Virus record (IMG/VR): IMGVR_UViG_2918843722_000002 | Span: 4,720-68,719 of that record | Origin: a virus | Taxonomy: Duplodnaviria > Caudoviricetes | Length of the DNA stretch: 64,000 nt | Reading direction: 5' to 3' (one strand) | Part shown: piece by piece, positions 18,170 through 26,035 of the stretch | Layout: the number at the start of each line of letters is the position of its first letter | Position numbering within the stretch: position 1 is the stretch's first letter | Notes under the pieces: model-generated | What the model was told of the DNA's origin: nothing | Seen by the model: the letters and a program-made list of their open reading frames with translations, nothing else | The model's database searches: none | Program-made: the position numbers and the translations under genes

Positions 18170-18603
18170 ACAAAGTAATTCTTCTCGGCAACCTCGGCGC
18201 CGATCCCGAAGTCCGTTACCTGCCCAGTGGTGACGCAGTAGCGAATATTCGCCTCGCAACGACGGATCGCTACAAGGACAAGCAGAGCGGCGAAATGAAG
18301 GAAGCAACTGAATGGCATCGCGTGTCGTTCTTCGGCCGCCTCGCCGAGATTGTCTCCGAATACTTGAAGAAGGGCTCGACGGTCTACATCGAAGGAAAGA
18401 TCCGCACGCGCAAGTATCAGGCGCAGGACGGCACCGACCGGTATTCCACGGACATCGTCGCGGACCAGATGCAGATGCTTAGCGGCAAGTCGGAAGGCGG
18501 CGAACGCCCGCAACAACGCCGTCAGGAGTCCGCCAAGCCCGCTCAAAACAATGCGCCGTCTGGCGGCGGGTTCGATGAGATGGATTCCGATATTCCTTTT
18601 TGA
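18157..18603 (+). CDS. ssb: Single-stranded DNA-binding protein
   Basis: [18 protein letters not shown]...TEWHRV...MDSDIPF tail. Confidence 0.97.
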   Translation: MAAVNKVILLGNLGADPEVRYLPSGDAVANIRLATTDRYKDKQSGEMKEATEWHRVSFFGRLAEIVSEYLKKGSTVYIEGKIRTRKYQAQDGTDRYSTDIVADQMQMLSGKSEGGERPQQRRQESAKPAQNNAPSGGGFDEMDSDIPF

Positions 18604-18616
18604 CGAGACCTAGCTC

Positions 18617-18919
18617 ATGCCATTTGCAGACTACGAATTTGGGTTGGCGCATCGACGCGCATACCAGCGAACCGAGGAAGGTAAAGCCAGACATGCCGAA
18701 GCCAACAAGGCATGGCGGCAGCGCAACAAAAAGAAGATAGCTGCTCACAACGCTATTTCGAAGGCGATTTTACGCGGGCACATAGAGGCGCAGCCGTGCT
18801 TTGTCTGCGGGGAGAAGGCTGAGGCACATCACCCTAACTACGACGCACCGCTTGACGTGGTTTGGCTTTGCCCGCCACACCACAAGCAGGCGCACGCGCT
18901 TGTGAAGAAAGCCGCTTAA
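18617..18919 (+). CDS. Small HNH-like protein
   Basis: PCFVCG..AEAHHPNYD.PLDVVWLCPPHHKQAH. Confidence 0.75.
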   Translation: MPFADYEFGLAHRRAYQRTEEGKARHAEANKAWRQRNKKKIAAHNAISKAILRGHIEAQPCFVCGEKAEAHHPNYDAPLDVVWLCPPHHKQAHALVKKAA

Positions 18920-18928
18920 GGAGACCCT

Positions 18929-19267
18929 ATGCCACGCGCACGCATGTTCACTGAGTTCTCGCCAGAAGGAATCCTGACCGTCATGGAACCTGGTCGAGAG
19001 TACAGAACCGGATTGATAGCGCAATCACTGCGCGCCAGCAATGTCGAGGTTCGATTGATGTTGGATCAGATGGTTGCTGACGGTCGTCTCAGCAAGCGCT
19101 TCGATGAACGGGGCAAAGAGTTTCGCTTCCATCTGACGCCCGGGCAGACGCCGCAGGTCGCTCAGCGTCGGTCGCTTGGAGATGTCTTGAGCCGCGTCAT
19201 GACCGGATATGAGGATGAAATGCGGCAGCGGGCTTCGCTTTGCATGGTTATGCGGAGGTACGCATGA
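18929..19267 (+). CDS. Hypothetical (winged-helix-like) protein
   Basis: AAGGAG RBS, 112 aa. Confidence 0.65.
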   Translation: MPRARMFTEFSPEGILTVMEPGREYRTGLIAQSLRASNVEVRLMLDQMVADGRLSKRFDERGKEFRFHLTPGQTPQVAQRRSLGDVLSRVMTGYEDEMRQRASLCMVMRRYA

Positions 19268-19443
19268 CCACCCTACCCGAACCCACGCAGCTAGTCGCCG
19301 GCATGAGCCACAAGGAAATGCTCGAGATTATGGCCGCGAACAACATTTTCTGCGGGCATGACCGCTTTGCCCGGATTCTGATGGACGCACAGCGCCGCGC
19401 TCTGGCGGCACAGAACGAAGTGAACAAGGAGAAATCAGCGTGA
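19264..19443 (+). CDS. Hypothetical protein
   Basis: GGAGG RBS, coupled. Confidence 0.55.
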   Translation: MTTLPEPTQLVAGMSHKEMLEIMAANNIFCGHDRFARILMDAQRRALAAQNEVNKEKSA

Positions 19444-19772
19444 CCATGCTCAAAGAAGTGAAGAGGCTTTACCTGTCGGGGAAGATGTCTGGCCTAAGCG
19501 ATCTCGGTTTTGGCCTGTTCAATCGCACTGCTGCTCAACTTCGCGCCATCGGTTACGAGGTTGTTAACCCTGCAGAAATAAACAGTGACCCCGCCGCTGA
19601 CTGGCTCGAATGTATCAAAGTCGATCTTGACTATCTCGCGACGTGCGACGGCATCGCCCTGCTCCCGAACTGGAGCGATTCGTTTGGCGCAAAGATCGAG
19701 CACCTTGCGGCACAGAAACTCGGGCTGGCTGTGCTGAACGTCGAAGACCTTGTGACGCTGGAGGCTGCATGA
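19440..19772 (+). CDS. DUF4406 (nucleoside deoxyribosyltransferase-like fold) protein
   Basis: LYLSGKMSG...F...A..LR..GYEVVNPA...CDGIALLPNWSDS.GA.IEH. Confidence 0.85.
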   Translation: MTMLKEVKRLYLSGKMSGLSDLGFGLFNRTAAQLRAIGYEVVNPAEINSDPAADWLECIKVDLDYLATCDGIALLPNWSDSFGAKIEHLAAQKLGLAVLNVEDLVTLEAA

Positions 19773-19963
19773 CCTACACATCCACAACCGCGTCCGAGTT
19801 GGTCGTCCGCGTTCGCCAGCTCGCGCAGCAGATCGAAGAGGCTTCGGCAAAGGGCTTCAAGGACGGTGCGGTAATCCGTTTGATCTACGAACTCGGCCAC
19901 AAGGTCGAGGAACTGGAAAACGAGGCTACGCGCGAATACATGGACAAGAAGGAGGCCGCGTGA
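19769..19963 (+). CDS. Hypothetical coiled-coil protein
   Basis: GGAGG RBS, coupled. Confidence 0.6.
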   Translation: MTYTSTTASELVVRVRQLAQQIEEASAKGFKDGAVIRLIYELGHKVEELENEATREYMDKKEAA

Positions 19964-20556
19964 GAGAGCATTGGCAAAAGGACGGTATCGGTGACGTGCA
20001 TTCGAACGCTCGCGGCTCCGGCGCTCGCTACAACACCGGCAAGGTGGCAATAGAGCTCATCCCACTGCGCCTGATCGCAGAACAATTCGAACTCGTCACG
20101 GCTGAAGACGATCCCGCTAACGCGATGATCGGCGCTCTATGGAATCTGGCACTGTTCCAGGAGGGTGGCGACGCGGCATATCTTCGCAAGGCGGTTGAAC
20201 TGGTCGGCGCTGCATGGAACGAATGTGCCGCCGTCTTCGACTACGGACGTCGCAAGTATGCCGAATGGAACTGGGCCAAGGGAATGGCGTGGAGCGTCCC
20301 CCTCGCCTGCGCTGCCCGTCACCTGATCTTCGGCATGATGGCCGGCGAGGAACTGGATCCGGAGTCGAAGCTGGCTCACCGCGGACACTTCCTTTGCAAC
20401 ATCGTCATGCTGCTGACGTTCATCCGGACATACCCGGAGGGCGACGATCGGCCGTCGCAGTGGCTGCGCGACGCCGCCATGACCGAGCACGCCGCACGCG
20501 AGGAAGACGCACGTTTGAGCAACGCTGAGTATCTGGCTAGTGAGGTGAAGGCGTGA
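19960..20556 (+). CDS. DUF5664 dATP/dGTP diphosphohydrolase-domain protein
   Basis: RYNTGK...LIP; V..YG.RKY..WNW.KG...AARH...DPESKL.H..H..CNI.ML. Confidence 0.8.
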   Translation: MREHWQKDGIGDVHSNARGSGARYNTGKVAIELIPLRLIAEQFELVTAEDDPANAMIGALWNLALFQEGGDAAYLRKAVELVGAAWNECAAVFDYGRRKYAEWNWAKGMAWSVPLACAARHLIFGMMAGEELDPESKLAHRGHFLCNIVMLLTFIRTYPEGDDRPSQWLRDAAMTEHAAREEDARLSNAEYLASEVKA

Positions 20557-20897
20557 GCGACGAAGGCGAAATCAACATCTTCCGCGCCTTGGACTTCATC
20601 AGAGATAACGCGCCGGCCTACGCCCAAGCAAAGGCCCAGCGCGTTTATCTGGAGAACTTCCGCAAGAGCAAGAAGGCATTGCTGATGCGCGCTGCGGAAA
20701 TCCGAGGGCACAAGACGGCGGCTATTCAGGAGCGCGAGGCGTACGCCGACGACGGCTATGTCGAGATACTGGCTGCGCTCCAAGCGGCAACCGAGGAAGA
20801 AGAGCGGCTGCGCTGGATGATCGTAGCCGCTGAGGCCAAGATCGAATGCTGGAGAACCATTGAGGCCAATCGTCGCGCCGAAGCGAGGGCTTTGTGA
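20553..20897 (+). CDS. Helical phage protein (UvsY-like size and pattern)
   Basis: YAQAKAQRVYLE...EREAYAD...IECWRT.EAN.R. Confidence 0.6.
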   Translation: MSDEGEINIFRALDFIRDNAPAYAQAKAQRVYLENFRKSKKALLMRAAEIRGHKTAAIQEREAYADDGYVEILAALQAATEEEERLRWMIVAAEAKIECWRTIEANRRAEARAL

Positions 20898-21025
20898 AAC
20901 AGAGCCAACTATACGCAATTCTGCTGGCGATCATGGTTTCGCCCCACATGTCCGCGCCATTTGCCTTGGGCAGCGCCGTCATCTATCTCGTCTGTATGTT
21001 TGCGGCGATGTGGAGGGAAGCTTGA
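20894..21025 (+). CDS. Small membrane peptide (43 aa)
   Basis: Coupled at both ends, hydrophobic. Confidence 0.45.
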   Translation: MKQSQLYAILLAIMVSPHMSAPFALGSAVIYLVCMFAAMWREA

Positions 21026-21633
21026 TCCGTACTTCCCTGCCCGTAAAGAAGGCATTGAAGCCGCGCCGTTGCCGGTCGTGCGGGAACCCCTATGTTCCGA
21101 TCAGCAGCATGGCCAAAGCGTGCTCGGTCCCCTGCGCCCTCGATCTGGTCCGTCAGGCCAACGCTCGCAAGGAAGCCAGAGCCAAGCGCGAGGAACGTGC
21201 GGCTACTCGGGTGGCGAAGGAGAAGCTGAAGAGTCGCGCCGATTACTTGAGGGAGGCGCAGACCGCGGTAAATGCCTACGTTCGACTCCGGGACGCCAAT
21301 GAACCGTGCATATCGTGCGATCGGCCGGCGACCTGGGGCGGCCAATGGCATGCGAGTCACTACCGCTCTGTTGGATCGAACCCTGGCTGGCGCTTCAACG
21401 TTCTGAATATTCACCGCGCCTGCAGTATCTGCAACGCGTGGAAAAGCGGGAATCTCACGGAATATCGGCCAAGGCTTATCACAAAGATCGGCTTGGAGCG
21501 AGTCGAGTTACTGGAGCAGGAAAGCCCGGTCAGGAAATACGACATTGAGTACCTGAAGCGGCTCAAGAAGGTGATGAACAAAAAGGCACGCCGGCTGGAG
21601 CGGCGGATTGAACAACGAAAGGAGGCGGCGTAA
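21022..21633 (+). CDS. ninG: NinG/Rap-family recombination nuclease
   Basis: RRCRSC...CSVPCA, YVRLRDANEPCISC, WHASHYRSVG, NIHRACSICN..KSGN..EYR; TTG start with GGAGG. Confidence 0.9.
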   Translation: MIRTSLPVKKALKPRRCRSCGNPYVPISSMAKACSVPCALDLVRQANARKEARAKREERAATRVAKEKLKSRADYLREAQTAVNAYVRLRDANEPCISCDRPATWGGQWHASHYRSVGSNPGWRFNVLNIHRACSICNAWKSGNLTEYRPRLITKIGLERVELLEQESPVRKYDIEYLKRLKKVMNKKARRLERRIEQRKEAA

Positions 21634-21860
21634 TGGTTAAGCGCTACGGCACAAGCAGCATGGAATGCGAGAACGGCATCTACGTCTTGCACGCGGAGTA
21701 TGAAAAGGTTCTCGCGGAGTGTGAGAGGTTGCGGGCCGATGCGGCTCGCTTCCGCTGGCTGAACAGCCAACGTGAGAATGTGTGGCATGAGTTCGCGTCG
21801 ATGCCGATGAATCGGACATGCGAAGTGATTGACCAGGAAATCGCGAAGGAGCAGTCATGA
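21633..21860 (+). CDS. Hypothetical protein
   Basis: TAATG coupling; DAARFRWL motif. Confidence 0.65.
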   Translation: MVKRYGTSSMECENGIYVLHAEYEKVLAECERLRADAARFRWLNSQRENVWHEFASMPMNRTCEVIDQEIAKEQS

Positions 21861-22171
21861 TCGACATCGACGAAATCGAGCGCATCGCCAAGGCGGGTGA
21901 TCCGTGGGGATATGCCGCTACTCCGGCCAATGTCCTCGCCCTTATCGCAGAGGTGCGAGCGTTGCGGGCGAAGCTGGAGACACCGGTTTTCACCGCCGGC
22001 CCATATGGCGAGGGCCTTCTCGGTTTAGAAGGGGCTAATCCCATCACTGCGACACAGGTCTTCATGCATACCCCATGGCCCGTCACAGTTTTCTATGGCG
22101 ACAAGAAAATTTACACGAGCATGGCGGCGTTCCTAGAAGCGCATCCGGAGAAACAACCATGGTCCGCATAA
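21857..22171 (+). CDS. Hypothetical (Ead-like N-terminus) protein
   Basis: ATPANVLALIAEVRALR. Confidence 0.55.
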   Translation: MIDIDEIERIAKAGDPWGYAATPANVLALIAEVRALRAKLETPVFTAGPYGEGLLGLEGANPITATQVFMHTPWPVTVFYGDKKIYTSMAAFLEAHPEKQPWSA

Positions 22172-22473
22172 GCACCCTATTGCAATGGGTATTCATGGCG
22201 GCTGCGAGTTGCGGCCTTCTCTACGGTTGCTTCTTTTCGGACTGGGCGAAACGTGACATGGAGAAGCGCGAGGCTCAGGAGCGCGCTGATGCAACGCCGC
22301 ACATCATCCGAGAGGCGGACGGCTGCAAGGTCTACGCGTTCAAGTCAGGAGACTGGCATTACTTCACACGCTGCGACGATGGCACTGTCACGACGGAGCG
22401 TAACTACACCGAGCGCCATGGCAAGACTACCGTCCATAAATCCGAAACCATCGTTACCCAAGGGAACAGCTGA
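22159..22473 (+). CDS. Membrane-anchored hypothetical protein
   Basis: N-terminal hydrophobic helix, then DGCKVYAF...YFTRC. Confidence 0.65.
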   Translation: MVRISTLLQWVFMAAASCGLLYGCFFSDWAKRDMEKREAQERADATPHIIREADGCKVYAFKSGDWHYFTRCDDGTVTTERNYTERHGKTTVHKSETIVTQGNS

Positions 22474-22474
22474 C

Positions 22475-22684
22475 ATGAGCGCATTCGTTCCAGGCTTGAT
22501 AGTCGGCTACGCCCTCGGTGTCGCCTCAATGTGCGGACTGGTTGGTCTCTACCTCCTCCACCGTCCGCGGTATGTGGCGCCGACGATGCATAACAGGAAG
22601 TGGAGGGGTGCGCCGGTTGTCGAGAAGGCGCAGGTTCCTGACGAGCCGATCTATATGTACGGCGTTACCGGAGAGGAGCGATGA
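22475..22684 (+). CDS. Small membrane protein
   Basis: N-terminal TM helix FVPGLIVGYALGVASMCGLVGLYLL. Confidence 0.55.
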   Translation: MSAFVPGLIVGYALGVASMCGLVGLYLLHRPRYVAPTMHNRKWRGAPVVEKAQVPDEPIYMYGVTGEER

Positions 22685-23028
22685 AAGTGATTGTCTGTGG
22701 TGGGCGTGATTATGCGAATGTGGAAATGCTCAACCTTGTGCTGGATGAACTTCATGCCAAGACCCCTATCAGCGTGCTTATCCAAGGTGGCGCGGCAGGC
22801 GCAGACGAACTTGCTTTCCGATGGTTCGCAACGAAGCCAGGCATGCATGGCATCACCCACTATGCGGACTGGAAAAAGCATGGGCGAGCCGCAGGTCCAA
22901 TTCGAAATGCGCGGATGTTAGAAGAGGCGCCGGACGTGGTCGTAGCATTTCCAGGTGGGCGCGGAACAGCAAACATGATCAAGCAGGCAAAAGCGGCCGG
23001 CGTCCCCGTAATTGAGGTCGAAGAATAA
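22681..23028 (+). CDS. YspA-like SLOG (DUF2493) protein
   Basis: VIVCGGRDY, QGGAAGAD, W.KHGRAAGPIRN..M, AFPGG.GT..M. Confidence 0.9.
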   Translation: MKVIVCGGRDYANVEMLNLVLDELHAKTPISVLIQGGAAGADELAFRWFATKPGMHGITHYADWKKHGRAAGPIRNARMLEEAPDVVVAFPGGRGTANMIKQAKAAGVPVIEVEE

Positions 23029-23043
23029 TCGCAAAACGGGTGA

Positions 23044-23113
23044 TTGACAGCGCTTCAAATAAGGACTACGAAGCGCTTTTCTGCTAAAATGTCGATCAGT
23101 AATTCAAGCGCTT
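23044..23113 (+). promoter_or_regulatory. Promoter region upstream of the Q-like gene
   Basis: TTGACA at 23044, TGC-TAAAAT at 23082-23090, three AGCGCTT boxes. Confidence 0.55.
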
Positions 23114-23150
23114 TTCAACTACATTTTGTGTCTCAAGTGCGGGGTTCCGA

Positions 23151-23660
23151 ATGTTCAAAGACAAGTACGCAAGCGACGTCAGAAGTTCGAATCTCGCATG
23201 GAACGAGCGGGAAGAGAAGTCGATTGATCGACTCACGGCAATGGGCCTTTCTGACCCGCTCGGCGCCGCCTTATTCCGGTTCAAGTTCGCATCGGATGCT
23301 GCATCGGGAAAGCGCGCGATTCATCTTCTGGCGCACAAGGCGAAGTGCAATCTCGGCGTCGAGCTCAGCTACGCAACGAAACTGGCGACGGCTTGCATCA
23401 GGGAATTCGTGCTGGACAACTGCGTGCCGTGCAACGGCGCCGGCCTGATTCTCAATGGCTCGCGTTACGACAAATGCACGAAGTGCGACGGCTCCGGCGT
23501 CAAGCGTCACTCGGATAGCGAGCGCGCATTGGCTGCGGGCCTGCCGGTCGAATCCTGGCCGAAGCATCAGAAGAACTTCGATCGCACGATGGTATGCCTG
23601 ACTGGTTCGGTGGCAGCGGCTGGTGGAAAGGTGCGCGAACTGCTCCGAGAGGCGGCATGA
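23151..23660 (+). CDS. Q-like late antiterminator
   Basis: CVPCNGAG...CTKCDGSG zinc finger; position upstream of a promoter-terminator pair. Confidence 0.7.
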   Translation: MFKDKYASDVRSSNLAWNEREEKSIDRLTAMGLSDPLGAALFRFKFASDAASGKRAIHLLAHKAKCNLGVELSYATKLATACIREFVLDNCVPCNGAGLILNGSRYDKCTKCDGSGVKRHSDSERALAAGLPVESWPKHQKNFDRTMVCLTGSVAAAGGKVRELLREAA

Positions 23661-24139
23661 GCGCACCGAGCAAAGTTCTGTTTCTGGATATTGACGGCGT
23701 TCTGAATAGCCGCCGCACCGTTACTGCGACCGGGACGTTTCCGCACGGCTTCGAAGACAAACAGAAACCCCACTTCGATTGGGTAGCTGTCGGGATGATT
23801 CGGAAGTTGTGCGAGGTAACGGGCGCTTCGATTGTCTTGTCCTCTTCGTGGCGCATCATTCATAGCGTCGACGACTGCGCCAACGGGCTTGATCTGCCGA
23901 TCTTTGATCGAACTCCAAGCCTGAATTGGAGTGGGCGAGTCCGTGGCGACGAGATCGCGGAATGGCTTAAAGTCCATCCCGAGGTGGCGCGTTATGCGAT
24001 CGTTGATGACGACTCGGACATGTTGGAAGCCCAAAAGCCTTACTTCGTCCAGACGGATTTTCAGGAGGGGTTGCGGTACCAGGACTATGACTCCTTGGCG
24101 GAAATCCTCGGTGTCGCAATTGAAAACAACAAAATCTAG
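23657..24139 (+). CDS. HAD-superfamily phosphatase (Swiss-Army-Knife RNA-repair-like type)
   Basis: VLFLDIDGVLNS, IVLSSSWR, RGDEI..WL, YAIVDD. Confidence 0.85.
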   Translation: MSAPSKVLFLDIDGVLNSRRTVTATGTFPHGFEDKQKPHFDWVAVGMIRKLCEVTGASIVLSSSWRIIHSVDDCANGLDLPIFDRTPSLNWSGRVRGDEIAEWLKVHPEVARYAIVDDDSDMLEAQKPYFVQTDFQEGLRYQDYDSLAEILGVAIENNKI

Positions 24140-24149
24140 AAAAAAGTTG

Positions 24150-24177
24150 TTGCACGCCACCATATCTGGTATATACT
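24150..24177 (+). promoter_or_regulatory. pR'-like late promoter
   Basis: TTGCAC-16-TATACT, followed by a -10-like TACTGT in the early transcript. Confidence 0.7.
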
Positions 24178-24293
24178 GTGCTCGTACTGTTCAGTAGTGG
24201 TTCTCTAGCCCTACAGGCTTTTGAATCGAACGGTAGGGCCGAAAGGCTCACCCAAAACCCCAGCGAGTGGGTAAACTCGTCCCAGAATTTCCT

Positions 24294-24330
24294 AAGCCCT
24301 GCCCAGTCGAAAGACGCGCGGGGCTTTTTC
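24294..24330 (+). terminator. tR'-like terminator
   Basis: AAGCCC...GGGCTTTTT with an inner GTC-GAAA-GAC hairpin. Confidence 0.7.
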
Positions 24331-24343
24331 ATTTGGCCGTCAA

Positions 24344-24541
24344 ATGCGCTTCCCTCTCCCTCTCGAATCCCGCATGTACGGGAACCCCGAGCGTGTGCTT
24401 GAGGAAAAGCAGGCGCAACAGGCCAACGAACAGAAGCGCGCCGAGAAGCGGAGAACGCTGACGGTTAAGCCCGGCTGGTCGGAGGCGCGCAAAGCCGCTG
24501 AAGCACTATTCACCCCGCCGCAGCCCGTTCGTGAGCTGTAA
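24344..24541 (+). CDS. Hypothetical protein
   Basis: 65 aa ORF after tR'. Confidence 0.55.
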   Translation: MRFPLPLESRMYGNPERVLEEKQAQQANEQKRAEKRRTLTVKPGWSEARKAAEALFTPPQPVREL

Positions 24542-24602
24542 CCCGCCCGCAGACATGCAACGTGTCTCTTGCCGGTTATCCGGCCAGAATTCTGGAGTCT
24601 GA

Positions 24603-24833
24603 ATGGTCACCTACTACCTCGCGCAGGCCGACGATGGCCGGGTCACGCTCGACCGCGAATGCCACGGCTCATTGCTGAAGGCGATCACGGTTAGCGATCC
24701 GGAAGTTATCCGCCGCGAAGTCGAAGGCGAGATGGTGGACGTGCCGCAATACTGGCAGAGCTACGCCAATGCGCGTGTACAGGTGGATGAAGGTGAGTTT
24801 CGGCATGTGCGCGGCGAAGGATATTTCGCATGA
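24603..24833 (+). CDS. Hypothetical protein
   Basis: GGAG RBS. Confidence 0.65.
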   Translation: MVTYYLAQADDGRVTLDRECHGSLLKAITVSDPEVIRREVEGEMVDVPQYWQSYANARVQVDEGEFRHVRGEGYFA

Positions 24834-24955
24834 ATCCGGTGACGGCATTCTGGATCCTCTGCGCAACCTGGAACATTGGGATGACGCAGATCATGATCGA
24901 CCTGGCGGAAGGCTGGGACGGCCGACTCGCTGCTGGTGGTGTGCTCGAGAGTTGA
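24830..24955 (+). CDS. Small hypothetical peptide (41 aa)
   Basis: ATGA-coupled MNPVTAFWILCATW... Confidence 0.4.
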   Translation: MNPVTAFWILCATWNIGMTQIMIDLAEGWDGRLAAGGVLES

Positions 24956-25070
24956 TTGACGGCCGGCAGTGTTGCAGGCCGGAAGACAGATTGGATTGAT
25001 CCCCTGCTCCGCCGCCAGCCGGTAGGCCCGGCAGCTTGATACGGGCGGTGGGGCGCCAATTATCGTTTAT

Positions 25071-25183
25071 GGGGCGCCGAATCTGGCCCGCACGCGATGC
25101 TAGCGATAGCGGCGTGGCTGGTGAGTAGGACAGCAGGAAAGCGCTTTGGCGTGAGCAGGGTTCGAATCCCTGCCGCCCCTCCA
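25071..25183 (+). ncRNA. tRNA-like element with canonical T-loop and encoded CCA but no anticodon loop
   Basis: GGGGCG/CGCCCC-T-CCA; GCAGGG-TTCGAAT-CCCTGC; GCTG/CAGC arm; CACGC..GCGA..GCGTG arm. Confidence 0.65.
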
Positions 25184-25574
25184 GAGTACCCGTCATGGGC
25201 TTGAGTCTGGGTCCGCGAAAACGTTGACTCAGCGAAATCGACCGGAAGATAGGCCGGATGCACGAACCCGTAACGTGCGACAGACAATCCGTTGCCGTGG
25301 CGGCCCATCATTGGGATAGCGCGGACAGCGCCAGCGGGCGGTGTGCTGAACATGAAAACACCCGCAGCACAGCACGCCCTGCCTCGACCGGCGAAACCGG
25401 TCCAAAAGTTCAGGGCGGGGCTGTACGCGATTCGCGCGAGACCGGTGCAGATGAGGTCGCGTGACTGGCATCCCCCAAGCGTTCCAGCGCTTTGCCGGCC
25501 ACATGCCTTGACGCTCGACGGTGCCGGCGCGCGATGATCGTTAGCCGCCTGACCGGCGCAACCGGTCCTTTCAC

Positions 25575-25652
25575 GCATGGCGTAGCTCAGAGACTGAGAG
25601 AGCATGGGGCTAAAACCCCAGCGGGATGGAGATAGCAGCCCCATCCGCCAGC
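25575..25652 (+). ncRNA. Degenerate tRNA-like cloverleaf
   Basis: TGGCG/CGCCA acceptor; TA-GCTC...GAGC D-arm; TGGGG-CTAAAA-CCCCA (6-nt loop); GATGG/CCATC with an 11-nt loop. Confidence 0.6.
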
Positions 25653-25770
25653 CGTGAAGGCGAATATCGTCGGTCGCGCGAGTCGATAGACTGCCAAGGC
25701 GCCATGTGGGCCGCGACTAGTAGCTTTCACCCAGTCTCCTCTTTCAGGCGCACTCCCCTGAGCGTCTGAA

Positions 25771-25796
25771 TTGCCGCTTTCGGGCGGCTTTTTCAT
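25771..25796 (+). terminator. Rho-independent terminator ending the structured RNA region
   Basis: GCCGC/GCGGC hairpin plus TTTTT. Confidence 0.7.
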
Positions 25797-25809
25797 TTCT
25801 GGATCTCCG

Positions 25810-26025
25810 ATGGCAGCTCGCAAGACAGTAAAAGTCGTCGCTGAGCGCACGGAGATCTGTAAGAACTGTCGCCACGCATCAGTAAAGCGCGGCGAAGAAA
25901 TCCAGTGCCGCAGATTCCCGCCTCAGTTCGTGTACGACTCGTCAAGTGGTTGCACAGGCGTAACGCATCCCCCGGTCGATGCCGACCATTGGTGCGGGGA
26001 ATTCGGCGCATATCTAAATTCGTAA
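25810..26025 (+). CDS. Small Cys-rich phage protein
   Basis: CKNCRH...CRRFPP...V..DHWCGEF. Confidence 0.75.
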   Translation: MAARKTVKVVAERTEICKNCRHASVKRGEEIQCRRFPPQFVYDSSSGCTGVTHPPVDADHWCGEFGAYLNS

Positions 26026-26035
26026 AGGGGAAACC

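Noticed and set aside
19440-20556. 2-aminoadenine (dZ) genome system
   Set aside because: No PurZ, DatZ or phage DNA polymerase is recognisable in the window
25071-25183. Functional canonical tRNA or tmRNA
   Set aside because: No 7-nt anticodon loop and 113 nt long; far too short for tmRNA, with no tag ORF. Kept only as tRNA-like
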